From assembly GCF_036971445.1 (NCBI RefSeq), contig NC_091477.1, positions 77,252,001-77,316,000 on the forward strand: a stretch of DNA of 64,000 nucleotides, in the 5' to 3' direction. The stretch's first letter is position 1, and each line of letters starts with the position of its first letter. The stretch is from Narcine bancroftii (Eukaryota). Both the position numbers and the translations under genes were made by a program. Positions 62,227-64,000 of this stretch are shown piece after piece. Below the pieces are notes generated by a model. That model saw only the letters and a list, made by a program, of their open reading frames with translations, did no database searches and had not been told where the DNA came from.

Positions 62227-62710
62227 ATCTTCATCATTGATATACAACATAAAAAGATCCGGCCTGAACACGAACCCCTGTGGAACAGCACTAGCAACTG
62301 GCAGCCAGTCAGAATATGATCCTTGTAGACTGACTCTGCTTCCTGCCAATCAACCAATGCTGTACCCACACTGGTATGTTTCCTGTTATTCCATGTGTTC
62401 TTGTTAAGTAGCTGCATGTGTGGCATCATGACAAAGGTCTTCTGAAAATCCAAATACCTCACATCCACGGCATCTCCTTTATCTAGCCTGCTTGTCACTT
62501 CGAAGAATTTCAATAGGTTTATCGTGCAAGAATTTCCCTAAAGTAAACCATGCTGATTTTGTCAGCTGCCTCCAAGTATTCCGTACCTTGTCATTGACAA
62601 TCGATTCCAACATCTTCCCTATCACTGATGTCAGGCTAATCAGTCTCTATTACCTTTCTGCTTCATCCCTCCCTTCCTGAATAGTGGAGTGACCTTTTGC
62701 AATTTTCCAT
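62227..62710 (-). mobile_element. CR1 RT fragment
   Basis: FFEVTSRLDKGDAVDVRYLDFQKTF. Confidence 0.85.
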
Positions 62711-63786
62711 CAAAGGGTAACCTGCATCATATCTGCCAGAAGGTTACAGAAGTAGCTGTTGCCATTTCTTTCCCATTAAAGAGTATGAGAAGCAAGAACC
62801 AAACTTAAAGACCTCTCTCCAGGACAACCCACATAGAGCAGCAGAAAAGACCATCATGGCCGTGGTTGTGATAGAAAATATTGGGGAAGTGGGGTTGCGG
62901 GGGTGCGGTTGGGGGCTGGCACAAGTGTTTTTAGTGTAGGTGACCATCTTACCATCACCATTCATACAGATAGGGTCTAGTGTCACAGTCTCCATGTTCA
63001 AGTGGAGATCAGATGATGCAAGATTTTGGACATCTTCAGAAAGCAGTTTAACAACAAATTACAGGACTGAAAATTCAAGCTGGTAGACTCAGACAGAAAC
63101 ACATTAATATATAATTAAGAACCCTTTCTAACTCCTTGACAGTTTGCAATCATACTTGCATCCTGTTTCTCTGCCAGGAGTTCTAAATCAGAATTGTAGG
63201 TTTCATGTTGCTGTTCTATTTTCTGTTAGTAAGGCAGCAATGAGATCCATGCACGTTGCTGTTCTCATCACAGGTGAACGACACTGGGAAATTGTCTTTA
63301 ACCTTGAGGTGCATTGGGCCCGGAAGGGCCAGTCAAATTTGCTGATTCAAGGGTTTCTTTTATGCAAATTGTTAGTGGTGCATTAAAAGCTGCAGAAAAT
63401 GTTTCCTCCTTGAACATGGGTCCAGTTTCTGCGCTGATTGATTTTGATGATGTTTCAATACTGGATTGATCACTGAAGATATTTCCATTGTTGTTTATCA
63501 AAATAATACCTTGTGCTATTGGGAAGATGAAAATACTATTTAAATGACATTGATATATCAATATGATTCACCCTTATATTTGAAATGTCCATAAGTATCA
63601 AGATTTCCAATTGCAGCATTCACAGAATGGTGTTGTCACACCAAGCAAGTTCCAGTGTTATGAGGTCTGTTGGTCAATTGAACGTTTTTGCAGCTGCGAT
63701 CTGTGAAAACAGCTCTTGTAGTGACATATCAAAACATTCAACCAGCTAAAATGAATGTTGTTACAGAAAGAATAAATGCTGCAGCG

Positions 63787-63996
63787 ATGGTCAGACTTTG
63801 GGAGTGTGTTCCCAGTCAGAGTGATCCGGAGAAGCTGGTGAAGGCTGGTGATGGCAGGAGACAAGTCCTGTGGGTGAGAGGGACATGGACAACTTTTCCC
63901 CCAATCTCCTCCAGAGCTACAGGCATGCAGTCCTGGTCGCAGATCATCAGGGTGCATTTGAAGGGCACGAGTGCAGACTGGAAGACTGCAACGTAA
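63787..63996 (+). pseudogene. Possible Myb/SANT-like DNA-binding protein relic of a PIF/Harbinger transposon
   Basis: VPSQSDPEKLVKAGDGRRQVLW...PP...QSWSQI resembles the F-S-x-x-E-L-E-x-L-V...RR-x-VLF...AW-x-x-I pattern. Confidence 0.4.
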
Positions 63997-64000
63997 ACAA

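Overview
Vertebrate non-coding DNA (a very large intron or gene desert), most likely from a cartilaginous fish. This is inferred from V-SINE/HE1-type SINEs, CR1, Rex1/Babar and Penelope-type repeats typical of sharks and rays. No intact host protein-coding gene is recognisable. The recognisable ORFs in the track are transposon fragments; the rest look like antisense shadows or chance. The window is a mosaic of often nested mobile elements: CR1, Rex1/Babar, L1, a very young RTE family, Penelope-like elements with decayed hammerhead motifs, Gypsy and solo LTRs, Tigger/pogo elements and MITEs, a composite hAT-type MITE, and a Chapaev3-like deletion derivative. There is one 154-nt assembly gap. 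The unique AT-rich stretches between repeats hold candidate conserved enhancers (Meis and Pbx-Hox motif clusters) and several candidate (micro)exons. Best leads: a compound 'MITE of two MITEs' with 8-bp TSDs, a 1.45-kb insertion with hAT-like ends and exon-intron-like cargo, two 24-nt microexon candidates, and a young AviRTE-like LINE. All family assignments come from recalled motifs, not database searches. Boundaries of old elements are approximate.
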